A stretch of 64,000 nucleotides of DNA from an uncultured Acidobacteriota bacterium. GTDB taxonomy: Bacteria; Acidobacteriota; Vicinamibacteria; Vicinamibacterales; UBA2999. This document shows, piece by piece, positions 10,939 to 20,101 of the stretch (position 1 is the stretch's first letter; each line of letters opens with the position of its first letter). The notes under the pieces were generated by a model. It ran no database searches. It was not told the DNA's origin and saw only the letters and a list, made by a program, of their open reading frames with translations. The translations under genes were made by a program, and so were the position numbers. The stretch is taken from contig CAVUHC010000006.1 in assembly GCA_963741135.1 (NCBI GenBank), positions 669,760 to 733,759 of the forward strand, written 5' to 3'.

Positions 10939-12751
10939 AGATTCTCTTCACCGCGCTGCACTTCGCGAACTACCGCAACTTCGAGTCGGTGATTCGCGAG
11001 CTCGCCGCGCGCGGCCACCAGCGTGCATCTCGCTCGCCGACGAGGCGGAGAGCTTCGGCGGACAGGCGCTCGTCGAGCGCCTGGCAGCCGAGTATCCGGC
11101 GATCACGTGGGGATGGACGCCGTCGCTCGGCGGAGGAGCCGTGGTTCCCTGTCGCGCAGAAGCTGCGCTTCGCGCTCGACTACGTGCGGTTTCTCGACCC
11201 GCGGTACGCCGAGGCGAAGAAGCTTCGGCTGCGCAACATCGAGCGCACGCCGCGAATCGTCCGCTGGATGACGTCAGGCGTCGGCGGCGCGCTCATCGGC
11301 CATCGCGTGACTGCCGGCGCGCTCAAGGCCATCGAACGGCTGCTGCCGCGCAGCCGCGGCGATCACGCAGCTGCTCGACGAGCAGCAGCCCGACGTCGTG
11401 CTGCTGACGTCGCTGACCGTTCTCGCGCTCGATCGGCGATGGAGCAGTTGAAGGCCGCACGCGCGCTCGGCATCCCGACTGCGGCGTGCATCATGAGCTG
11501 GGACCATCTGTCCAGCAAGGCGCTGCTGCACTTGCGCCGCGACGTCGACGATCGTCTGGAACGAGGTGCAGAAGCGCGAGGCCGTCGACATGCACGGCAT
11601 GCCCGGAGACGAGCGTCGTCGTCACCGGCGCGCAGTGCTACGACCAGTGGTTCGACGAAGCGCCCGGCGCGCTCGCGCGAGGAGTTCTGCCGCGACGTCG
11701 GCCTCGATCCGTCGACGCCCGTTCGTGCTGTATGTCTGCTCCGCGATGAGCCCGATGCCCGATCCGCTCGAGCCGGTCTTCGTGCAAGCGAGTGGATCGA
11801 GGCGCTGCGAGCGAGCGGCGATCCGGTGCTGCGCGAGCGCCGGCGTGCTGGTGCGTCCGCACCCGGAACGCGTGCGTGAATGGAACGGCGTCATCGCTCG
11901 ACGGCTTCGACAACGTCGTCGTTCACGGGCGCAATCCCGATCGACGCCGACGCGAAGGCCGACTACTTCGACTCGCTGTACTACAGCGGCGCGGTCGTCG
12001 GCCTCTGCACGACCGCGTTTCTCGAAGCCGCGATCGTCGGCCGGCCGGTGCTCACGCTGCAGCTGCCGGAGTACCGCATGCACCAGGACGGGATGGTGCA
12101 CTTCCGCTACCTGCTCGACGTCGAAGGCGGCCTGCTGCACACCGCGCGCGGACCTGCCGTCGCACCTGGCACAGCTCGGCGAGGCATTGAAAGGTGCGGG
12201 GACGCGCGACGAGCGCAACCGGCGCTTCCTCACCGCATTCGTCCGTCCGCAGGGACTTGACGCACCTTCGACTCCCCGGTTTGTCGAAGCGGTCGAGCAG
12301 TTGGCGCAAGGGACGTCGTCGCGAACCGATTCCCGGCGTGAGCCGGCCGTCACTTCTGCATCGCGCTGTGACGCGTCTCGCGGTTGCCGGCACGCGCGGG
12401 CTCGGCGCATGGCTGCTGATGGACAGCGTCGACGATGAACGCGCGGTCACCGAGCGCGCGCGCGACGAGCAGAAGCGCGCCGTGCTCAGCGAGCGGGCGG
12501 CGCGGTGGGACGCGGAGCGTCGGGAGCGAGACGAGAAGCTGCGTCTCACGCAGCTGGAACGTGAAGAGAAGCAGCGGCTCCGTCGCGCCAAAGAGTGGCG
12601 GAAGACTCGTGAGGAATGGTGGCGCCAGACGCGTCGCCGAGCGAAGCAGACGATCCACCTCGCGCGGACGTGGCGGTACGCGCTCGCGACCAGTAAACCC
12701 CTGGCGCGGCTGAAGAACGGCGTGAAACTCCTGACCGGAGCGCGACAGCCG
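10935..12751 (+). pseudogene. Family-A paralog A6, close relative of A5, many frame changes, charged tail
   Basis: MKILFTALHFANYRNFESVIRELAARGH.., LVERLAAEYPAITWG, EEPWFPVAQKLRFALDYVRFLDPRYAEAKKLRLRNIERTPRIVRWMTSG, MSWDHLSSKALL, VTGAQCYDQWF, VLVRPHP, ADYFDSLYYSGAVVGLCTTAFLEAAIVGRPV and QDGMVHFRYL are spread across ORFs 10140.., 10868.., 11486.., 11566.., 11880.. and 12194... There is no stop before the GT2 ATG at 12752. Confidence 0.7.
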
Positions 12752-13787
12752 ATGACGCCGCGCATCGTCCTTGGCATGACGCTCTACAACAACGCGGGAC
12801 ACCTCCGCGAAGCGACGGACTCGATCCTTTGCCAGACCCACGGCGACTTCGCGCTGCTGATGCTCGACGACGGATCGAGCGACGAGGCGGAAGCAATCGC
12901 GCGTGAATACGAGCGGCGTGATGACCGGGTCCGCTATTGGAAGCATGCCGAGCGGCAGGGCATGGTGCCGACCTGGAAGGAAGTGGTCGAGATCGCCCGC
13001 CGCGAGCATCCGCGGGCGGAGTATTTTGCATGGGTTAGCGACCACGATCGCTGGGACTCGCGGTGGCTCGCGAGGATGGTCGCGGAGCTCGACTCGCATC
13101 CATCAGCGATGCTCGCCTATCCGCAGACACTGCGGATCGACGAACACGGCCAGCTGATGGAAAAGGAGCCGCGGGTGTTCGACACGTCCGGCATCGACGA
13201 TCGGCAGGGGCGGTGGCGACACTTCTCCTGGAACGGCTTCGGCTCCGGCGACATGGTGTACGGCCTGATGCGGACTCCGCGCCCTTGAAGCAGCTGGCAT
13301 CTTCCGTCCCGTGCTCAATCCCGATCGGCTGCTCATTGCGGAGCTGACCCTGCAGGGACACGTCCAGCAGGTGGCTGAGCCGCTGTGGTCGAGGCGACAG
13401 TCGAACCACGCGAGCATCGCGCGTCAGAGCGCCTCACTGTTCGCCGGAGCCACACCGCCGCGCTTCGGGTGGCCTCCGTCGCTGCAGCATGCGATCGTGC
13501 TTCGGCGCGCGGGAGTCAGCGCGACGATGATCGCCACTTACGTCGTCGCGTCCGCATGGCGAGCCACGCGCAAGACCGAGACGTCGAAGAGCCTCGGCCG
13601 TGGCGTTGACAACGTGCACTTCGTCAAGAAGGTCATCAAGAAGGCCATTCATCACTCGATCTACTACACGCTGGTCGGCGCGCGCGCGTTTGCCGGACGT
13701 TGCCGCCGGATCGGCCGCAAGATCGTGTACGAAATCCTGATGTTCACGCATCGGACCGGATTACGCGGAACGAGCAAGACGCGTTGA
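12752..13787 (+). pseudogene. Family 2 glycosyltransferase (GT-A), one frame change near 13255-13285
   Basis: MTPRIVLGMTLYNNAGHLREATDSILCQTHGDFALLMLDDGSSDE (GT2 N-terminal nucleotide-binding and DD/DxD region) lies in ORF 12194..13288. The continuation RALEAAGIFRPVLNPDRLLIAELTLQGH is in the ORF 13311..13787 frame. Confidence 0.75.
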
Positions 13788-15324
13788 AAATTCTTTTCGC
13801 TGCGCTGCACTACGGGTACTTCCGCAATCTCGAGTCGGTGGTCGAGGAGCTCGCTCGGCGCGGGCACGACATTCATCTGACCGCGGAGCGGCAGGATTCG
13901 GCGCTCGTCGGACACTCGATCGTTGAGCGGCTGGCGGCCAGTCACGAGACCGTGACGTTCGGGGTGATGCCGCGGCGCGAGCGCGAGTATTTCTTTCTGG
14001 CGTCGAAGATCCGGCTGTCTCTCGACTACCTCCGCTATCTGCAGCCGGCCTACGCGAAGACCCCGGCGCTTCGCCGCCGCGCGCGCGTGCGGACGCCCAG
14101 GGGGTTGCTTCGCGTGCTGCGCTGGCCGCTGCTTCGTACGTCCGGTGGCAGGCGCCTGGTCTCACGCGCGCTCGATAACGTCGACCGTGCGATGCCGCCC
14201 AGCCCCGCGATTGAGCGCTTTCTGGACGAGCAGCGCCCCGACCTCGTGATCATCACCCCGCTTGTCGGCGTCGTCGCGTCGTCGCAGCTCGATCTGCTGC
14301 GCAGCGTCAAGTCGCGGCGCGTGCCCACGGCTGTCTGCGTCTGGAGCTGGGATCACCTGTCGAGCAAGGCGATCATCCGCGACGTGCCAGATCGCTTGTT
14401 CGTGTGGAACGACGTCCAGAAGCGCGAAGCGATCGAGATGCACAGGGTTCCAGCCGATCGCGTCATCGTCACAGGTGCTCAATGCTTCGACCGGTGGTTC
14501 GATCGCCAGCCGTCGCGTGGACGCGCGGAGTTCGCGCGGCGCGTGGGACTGCCCGACGACCGGCCGTTCATCCTGTGGGTGTGTTCGGCGCTGTTTCCCG
14601 GCAGTCCGTCCGAAGCCGCAGTTCGTCATGCGCTGGGCGGCCGCATCTGCGCGCGTCAACGGACCCGGGCATCCGCGATACCGCGATCCTCATTCGTCCC
14701 CATCCGTCGCGTGCGCGCGAGTGGGAGACGGTCGATTGGCGCAGCGTCACCGGCGTAGCGTTCTGGGGCGGCAATCCGATTGACGAGGAGTCGCGCGCGG
14801 ACTACTACGATTCGCTCCACTACAGCGCGGCGGTGGTCGGCCTCAACACGAGCGCGTTCATCGAAGCCGGAATCTCGCAGCGCCCGGTGATGGCGATCCT
14901 GCCCGAGGAATTCAGAGCGAACCAGGAAGGCACGCTGCATTTCCGGTATCTCGTCGAAGGCGGGCTGCTGACGATCGCGCGATCGCTCGCCGAGCACGAG
15001 CGCCAGCTCGTCGCCATTCTTGCCGGTCCACCAGCTTCGGTCATGCAGCGGCAGCAGGATTTCGTCCGGTCGTTCGTGCGGCCGCGCGGACTCACGGTCT
15101 CGGCGACCGGTGTCATGACCGACGCGATTGAATCGCTCGCGGCCGCGGGGCCGGTGGATGTGCCACGTGCGGTGCCGGTGAGCGGACGGCTTGGTTTCGC
15201 AACACTTCGTGCGCTCGCGCGCACGCCCGCCGGTCGCCGGCTGCTGCTCGACGAGCGCGAGACGAAAGCCAAGAGGCGGCGCGCTGCCGCCGAGCACGCG
15301 CGCGGGGCGGCGGGGATCGCCTGA
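13784..15324 (+). pseudogene. Family-A paralog A7, at least 2 frame changes at ~14610-14660
   Basis: TTG 13784 overlaps TGA 13785-13787. LKILFAALHYGYFRNLESVVEELARRGHDIHL, WSWDHLSSKAII, VTGAQCFDRWF and LWVCSALF are in ORF 13700... QFVMRWAAA is in ORF 14262... ILIRPHP, ADYYDSLHYSAAVVGLNTSAFIEAGISQRPV and QEGTLHFRYL are in ORF 14404..15324. Confidence 0.75.
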
Positions 15325-17069
15325 TGAAGATCCTCTTCTTCGCGCGCCACTACTCCTATCTCCGGTTGTTCGAGTCGGGGATCGCGGAGCTCGCGCGGAC
15401 GAGGACATCAGATTCACCTGTCCGCTGATCGCGAAGAGTCGATGGGCGGCCGTGGCATGGTCGAGCGGCTCGCTGAAAAGCTACCCGAACATCACGTTGG
15501 GGACGACGCCGGGACGCGCGCCGGGAGCTTGGACGGAGTTTGCACGGCGGCTGCGGCTCGGGATCGATTATCTGCGGTATCTCGATCCGCGCTACGCGGA
15601 CACGCCGCATCTCAAGACGCGGGCGCGCGATCGCGCGCCGCGCAGCGTCGTGGCGATTGCCGAGCGGCTCAGCGCCGGCGCGCGCGAGACGTTTGGGCGC
15701 CTGCTCCGGACGCTCGAGCGCGGCATTCCACCGAGCCCGCACCTCGAGACCTACATCCGACAACAGACCCCGGATGTCGTGCTGATCACGCCGCTCGTCG
15801 AGCTCGGCTCACCACAGATGGATCATCTCGCGGCAGCGAAGGCGCTTGGCGTTCGCACGGCGCTGCCGGTGGCAAGCTGGGACCACCTGTCGAGCAAGGC
15901 GGTCGTCCGGAATCATCCAGACATGCTGCTCGTCTGGAACGAGATTCAGAAGCAGGAAGCGATCGAGATGCACGGCGTCGCGCCGGAGCGCGTCGTGGTC
16001 ACCGGGGCGCACTGCTACGACCAATGGTTCGGCCGCGCCCCGTCGAGGAGCCGCGACAGCTTCTGTTCGCGCGTCGGCCTGCGATCGGACCGCGCGTATG
16101 TGTTGTATCTCTGCTCGTCGCTGTTCCGGGGAACGGCCAGCGAGGCCGCGTTTGTCGAACGGTGGGTTGAGGCGATTCGCACCAGCGACGATCCACGGTT
16201 GAAAGACATCGGGCATCCTGATCAGACCGCACCCCGCGCGACGCGATGAGTGGAAGGACGTCGACCTCTCCGGCTACAAGAACATCGTGTTCTGGGGCTC
16301 GCATCCGGTCGATGACGAGGCGAAGGACGACTATTTCGATTCGATGTACTACAGCGCCGCCGTGGTCGGCCTGAACACCAGCGCCTTCCTCGAGGCGGCG
16401 GTTGTCGAGAAGCCGGTGCACACGGTGCTCGTCGATGACATCTCCAAGCACAACCAGGAAGGCACGATTCATTTTCACTACCTGCTCGATGTGAACGGCG
16501 GTCTGCTGCGCGTGGCGCGCACGCTCGACGAGCATCTGCGCCTGCTGGCGGATTCACTGGCGCCTGAAGGCGGCGGCGACGTCAAGGCGCATCGCTTCGT
16601 CGAAGGCTTCATCCGGCCGCTCGGCGCGTCAGTAGCGGCCACGCCGCGATTCGCGGACGCCCTGGAGACGCTGGGCGCGTCGCCGTCGCCGCGTCCTGTC
16701 GGCGATGGTCTTGCGGAGCGCGCGCTGCGACTGGCGTTGTATCCGGCCGTTGGCACGTTGCAGCTGCTCCTCCTGACACAGCCGCACCGCAAGCGCGTGC
16801 GGTTGCAGTTCCGCAAGTGGTACTACGATGGCCGGCGGCGTGCGTTCGTGAAGCTGAAACAGTTCGCGCAGAACCAGCTTGGAGAGAAGGAGCTGACCGC
16901 TGCGCCGCTCGGCCCGCCGTCGGCGCTCACGCCGAAGCCGGGCCGCCAGCGTGACCCCGCGAAGAAACTCGCAGGCTGGAACCTGCCGGAGGCAGAGGAG
17001 ACGCGCGAGTTGATCGACCGCGCTCGGCCGGAGCGGCCGGCCGATTCTGATCGGGCCGTGGCTGTCTGA
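15324..17069 (+). pseudogene. Family-A paralog A8, at least 3 frame changes; C-terminal boundary with B1 unclear
   Basis: ATG 15324 abuts TGA 15322-15324. MKILFFARHYSYLRLFESGIAELAR (frame 0), RGHQIHLSADREESMGGRGMVERLAEK (ORF 15442 frame), ASWDHLSSKAVV, VTGAHCYDQWF and LYLCSSLF (ORF 15191..), then LIRPHP.., DDYFDSMYYSAAVVGLNTSAFLEAAVVEKPV and QEGTIHFHYL (ORF 16287..17069). The last ~120 codons of this ORF look like the N-terminal extension of a family-B protein. Confidence 0.65.
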
Positions 17070-18000
17070 AGCAGGGTTCGAGCTGCTCTATTGGATCCCG
17101 TTTCTTGCGTGGGCGAAAGCCTATGGCAATCTCGATCCCTCGCAGCTCGTCGTCATTTCGCGCGGCGGAGCGTCCTCCTGGTATCGCGACATCACGACCA
17201 ACTATGAGGACGTGCTGTCGTTCTACACGCCAGAGGAATTCCGCGTGCGCAACGACGCGCGCATCCTCGAGCAGCGCGGCCGGCTGAAGCACGTCGAGAT
17301 CTCGAGCTTCGACCGCGAGATCATCGCGAAAGTCACGGAGAAGCGCGGCCTCAGCGGTGTCCGCCTGCTGCATCCGTCGACGATGTACCGGTTGTTCGAC
17401 CATTTCTGGTTCCAGCGCGTCCCGGTGACGCTTATCGAGGCATTCACGTCGTTCGGACCGCTGCCGCCGGTTGATATCGGCGATCTGCGCAACCGTCTGC
17501 CGCAGCGTTACGTGGCCGCGAAGTTCTACGGCAACACGGCGTTGCCAGACACGCCGGACAATCACGCGTTCGTAGCGTCATATCTCGAGGAGCTGACACG
17601 GCACGTCGATGTCGTCCTGCTCAACACGGGGCATCGGTTCGACGATCACGAGGACATGGCGCGGGTCGACCGCAGCCGGATTCACACGATCGATCAGCTG
17701 ATGACGCCGGCGACGAATCTCGACGTGCAGACGCGCATCATCGCGGGCGCCGACGCGTACGTCGGCACCTACGGCGGATTCTCGTACGTCGCCCCGCTCG
17801 TCGGGACGCACGCACTGACGTTCTACTCGCACATCACCGGCTTTCGATTCGACCATCTCGAGGTCGCCAAGCGCGTGTTCTCTGGATTGCGCAAGGGGAG
17901 CTTCGTCGAGGTCGATCTCCGATCGATCGATCTGCTGCGACTCGGATTCGGCGGCGGCACCCAGGTGACCGACGCGCTCGCGGGAGTGACCCGCGGGTGA
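17014..18000 (+). pseudogene. Family-B paralog B1 (uncharacterised, GT-B/GT9-like C-terminal block); N-terminus lies in the A8 frame
   Basis: ILIGPWLSEAGFELLYWIPFLAWA, ISRGGASSWY, HPSTMYRLF, YVAAKFY, VLLNTGHRFDDHEDM and NLDVQTRIIAGADAYVGTYGGFSYVAPLVG are present. Frame 1 is open only from 17014 and has no canonical start. The upstream part (..ETRELIDRA) is in the frame of ORF 16287..17069. Confidence 0.65.
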
Positions 18001-19037
18001 GCGGATTGTTCACCGCGCTGAAGCGGCCACTGCGCGACGCGCTGCGCCATCGCGCCGAGTTGCGGGAGCAACTGCAGTGGTCACGGGCCGCATGGCAGGT
18101 CGAACGCGAGATCGAGGACGCCGTGACCGGCGGTCGCACGCTCGTGGTCGGACCGTGGCTGTCGGAGGTCGGGTACGAGGCGCTCTACTGGGTTCCGTTT
18201 CTTCGCTGGGTGACGGAGGCGTTCCGTCTCGATCCTTCGCGTGTGGTTGCGGTGTCGCGCGGGGGAGTGGCCTCATGGTACGCCGGCATCGCCGGCCGCT
18301 ATGTCGAGATCTGGGACGAGATCGACCCCGCTGATTGTGCGCGACGCTCCGCGGAACGCGGCGTGACGAAGCAGTTGGAGATCTCGGAGTTCGACCGCGA
18401 CGTCATCGCGGCAGTCGAGCGGCGGATCGGCGCCCCGATCGACGTGCTGCACCCGTCGTTGATGTACCGGCTGTTCTCGCTCTTCTGGTCAGGGCACCGT
18501 CCGCTCAGTTTTCTCGACGCGCACACCCGCTTCGAGCCGGTGGTTCCGCCCCGGATCATCGATACCAGCCGTCTTCCGCGCGAGTATGTCGCGGTGAAGT
18601 TCTACGCGGCGCGCTCGCTGCCGGATACGCCGGAGATCCGTCGCACGCTCGCGTGGTTGGTCGACAGTCTCGCCGAGCGCACCAACGTCGTGCTGCTCGA
18701 TACCGGCCTCGTCCTGGACGAACACACCGACTACGCCTTCGGGTCATCGGGGCGCGTCATCAGCGCGAAGCCCTGGATGACGCCGGCCAACAATCTTGGC
18801 GTGCAGACTCAAATCATTGCCGGCGCTCGGGCATTCATCGGCACGTGCGGCAGCGTCGCGTGGCTCGCGCCGATGCTCGGTGTGAACACGTCCGCGGTGT
18901 ACGTCGATCCGAAGTGGCTGCACGCGCACCTCGGGGTCGAGCTGCGCGCCTGTCATCGCGCGGGCGCCGGCCGGTTTGCGGCGCTCGATCTGCGAGCGCT
19001 CGATCCGCTGGGCGTACCCGTCCACGTCCGTTCATGA
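17997..19037 (+). CDS. Family-B paralog B2, intact (346 aa)
   Basis: GTG 17997 overlaps TGA 17998-18000. LVVGPWLSEVGYEALYWVPFLRWV, VSRGGVASWY, HPSLMYRLF, YVAVKFYAARSLPDT, VLLDTGLVLDEHTDY and NLGVQTQIIAGARAFIGTCGSVAWLAPMLGVNTSAVYVD are present. Confidence 0.8.
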   Translation: MSGLFTALKRPLRDALRHRAELREQLQWSRAAWQVEREIEDAVTGGRTLVVGPWLSEVGYEALYWVPFLRWVTEAFRLDPSRVVAVSRGGVASWYAGIAGRYVEIWDEIDPADCARRSAERGVTKQLEISEFDRDVIAAVERRIGAPIDVLHPSLMYRLFSLFWSGHRPLSFLDAHTRFEPVVPPRIIDTSRLPREYVAVKFYAARSLPDTPEIRRTLAWLVDSLAERTNVVLLDTGLVLDEHTDYAFGSSGRVISAKPWMTPANNLGVQTQIIAGARAFIGTCGSVAWLAPMLGVNTSAVYVDPKWLHAHLGVELRACHRAGAGRFAALDLRALDPLGVPVHVRS

Positions 19038-20101
19038 CATCGATGTCATCCAGTTCACATCCCGCGCTCGCCGGTCTCGGCTCCGGCCGCTGTCTCATCA
19101 TCGGCGAGGTCGCGCTCACGCACGACGGCAGCCTTGGCCTGGCGCATGCGTTTGTCGATGCGATCGCGAGCTCCGGCGCGGACGCGGTGAAATTCCAGAC
19201 GCACATCGCCGCCGCCGAGAGCACGCCCTCGGAGCCGTTTCGCGTGACGTTCAGCCGCCAGGACGAGACCCGCTACGATTACTGGAAGCGGATGGAGTTC
19301 ACCGAGGAGCAGTGGCGGGGACTCGCGGATCATGCGCGCCAACGCGGCATGCTGTTTCTCTCGTCGCCGTTTTCGGTGCAGGCGATCGAGCTGCTCGATC
19401 GCATCGGCGTGCCGATCTGGAAGATCGCGTCCGGCGAAACATCGAACACGATGCTGCTCGATCGTATTCTCGGCACGCGCAAGCCCGTGCTGCTCTCGAC
19501 GGGCATGAGCCCGATCGAGGAGATCGACGCCGCGGTCGCCCGCGTGCGCGCGCGCGACGTCAACGTCGGCGTGTTTCAGTGCACGACCGCGTATCCGTGC
19601 CCCGCAGAAAAGGTCGGCCTCAATCTCATCCCGTTCTACCGCGAGCGATACGGTTGCTGGGTGGGACTGTCGGATCATTCGGCGACGATCTACCCCGGCC
19701 TTGCCGGCGCGGCGCTCGGCATGGACATGCTCGAGGTGCACGTCGCGCTGTCGCGCGAGATGTTCGGGCCCGACGTGATCGCCTCGGTCACCACCGACGA
19801 ACTGCGCCAGCTCGTCGACGGCGTGCGCTTCATCGAACGCATGCGCGCGAGTCCGATCGACAAGGACGCATCGGCGCAGGAGACCGCGCCGCTTCGAAAG
19901 CTGTTCACGCGCAGCCTGGTCGCCAGCGCCGATCTGCCGGCTGGGACCGTCATCACGCGCGAGCACGTCGCCATCAAGAAGCCAGGCACCGGCCTTCCGC
20001 CGGAGCGGCTCGAAGACATCATCGGCCGCCGTCTCGCGCGGCCCGTCACCGTCGATCAACTGCTGGCGGTAGACGATATCGAAGGACTCGCGCGCTCTTG
20101 A
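19034..20101 (+). CDS. neuB: NeuB-family nonulosonic acid synthase (PEP-condensing) with C-terminal SAF domain
   Basis: ATG 19034 overlaps TGA 19035-19037. CLIIGEVALTHDGSLGLAHAFVDAIASSGADAVKFQTH, PIWKIASGE, PVLLSTGMS, VFQCTTAYPCP, VGLSDHS and LEVHV are present, with a SAF-like tail (RSLVASADLPAGTVITREHVAIKKPGTGLPP). Confidence 0.88.
   Translation: MTSMSSSSHPALAGLGSGRCLIIGEVALTHDGSLGLAHAFVDAIASSGADAVKFQTHIAAAESTPSEPFRVTFSRQDETRYDYWKRMEFTEEQWRGLADHARQRGMLFLSSPFSVQAIELLDRIGVPIWKIASGETSNTMLLDRILGTRKPVLLSTGMSPIEEIDAAVARVRARDVNVGVFQCTTAYPCPAEKVGLNLIPFYRERYGCWVGLSDHSATIYPGLAGAALGMDMLEVHVALSREMFGPDVIASVTTDELRQLVDGVRFIERMRASPIDKDASAQETAPLRKLFTRSLVASADLPAGTVITREHVAIKKPGTGLPPERLEDIIGRRLARPVTVDQLLAVDDIEGLARS

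Noticed and set aside
10140-11879. A 579-aa ORF that appears to fuse a methyltransferase to a family-A protein. The 644-aa ORF 715..2649 is a similar case.
   Set aside because: These are mosaics. Only short stretches match each family, and the remaining family blocks sit in other frames. They are by-products of the indels or of missing stops, not designed fusions.
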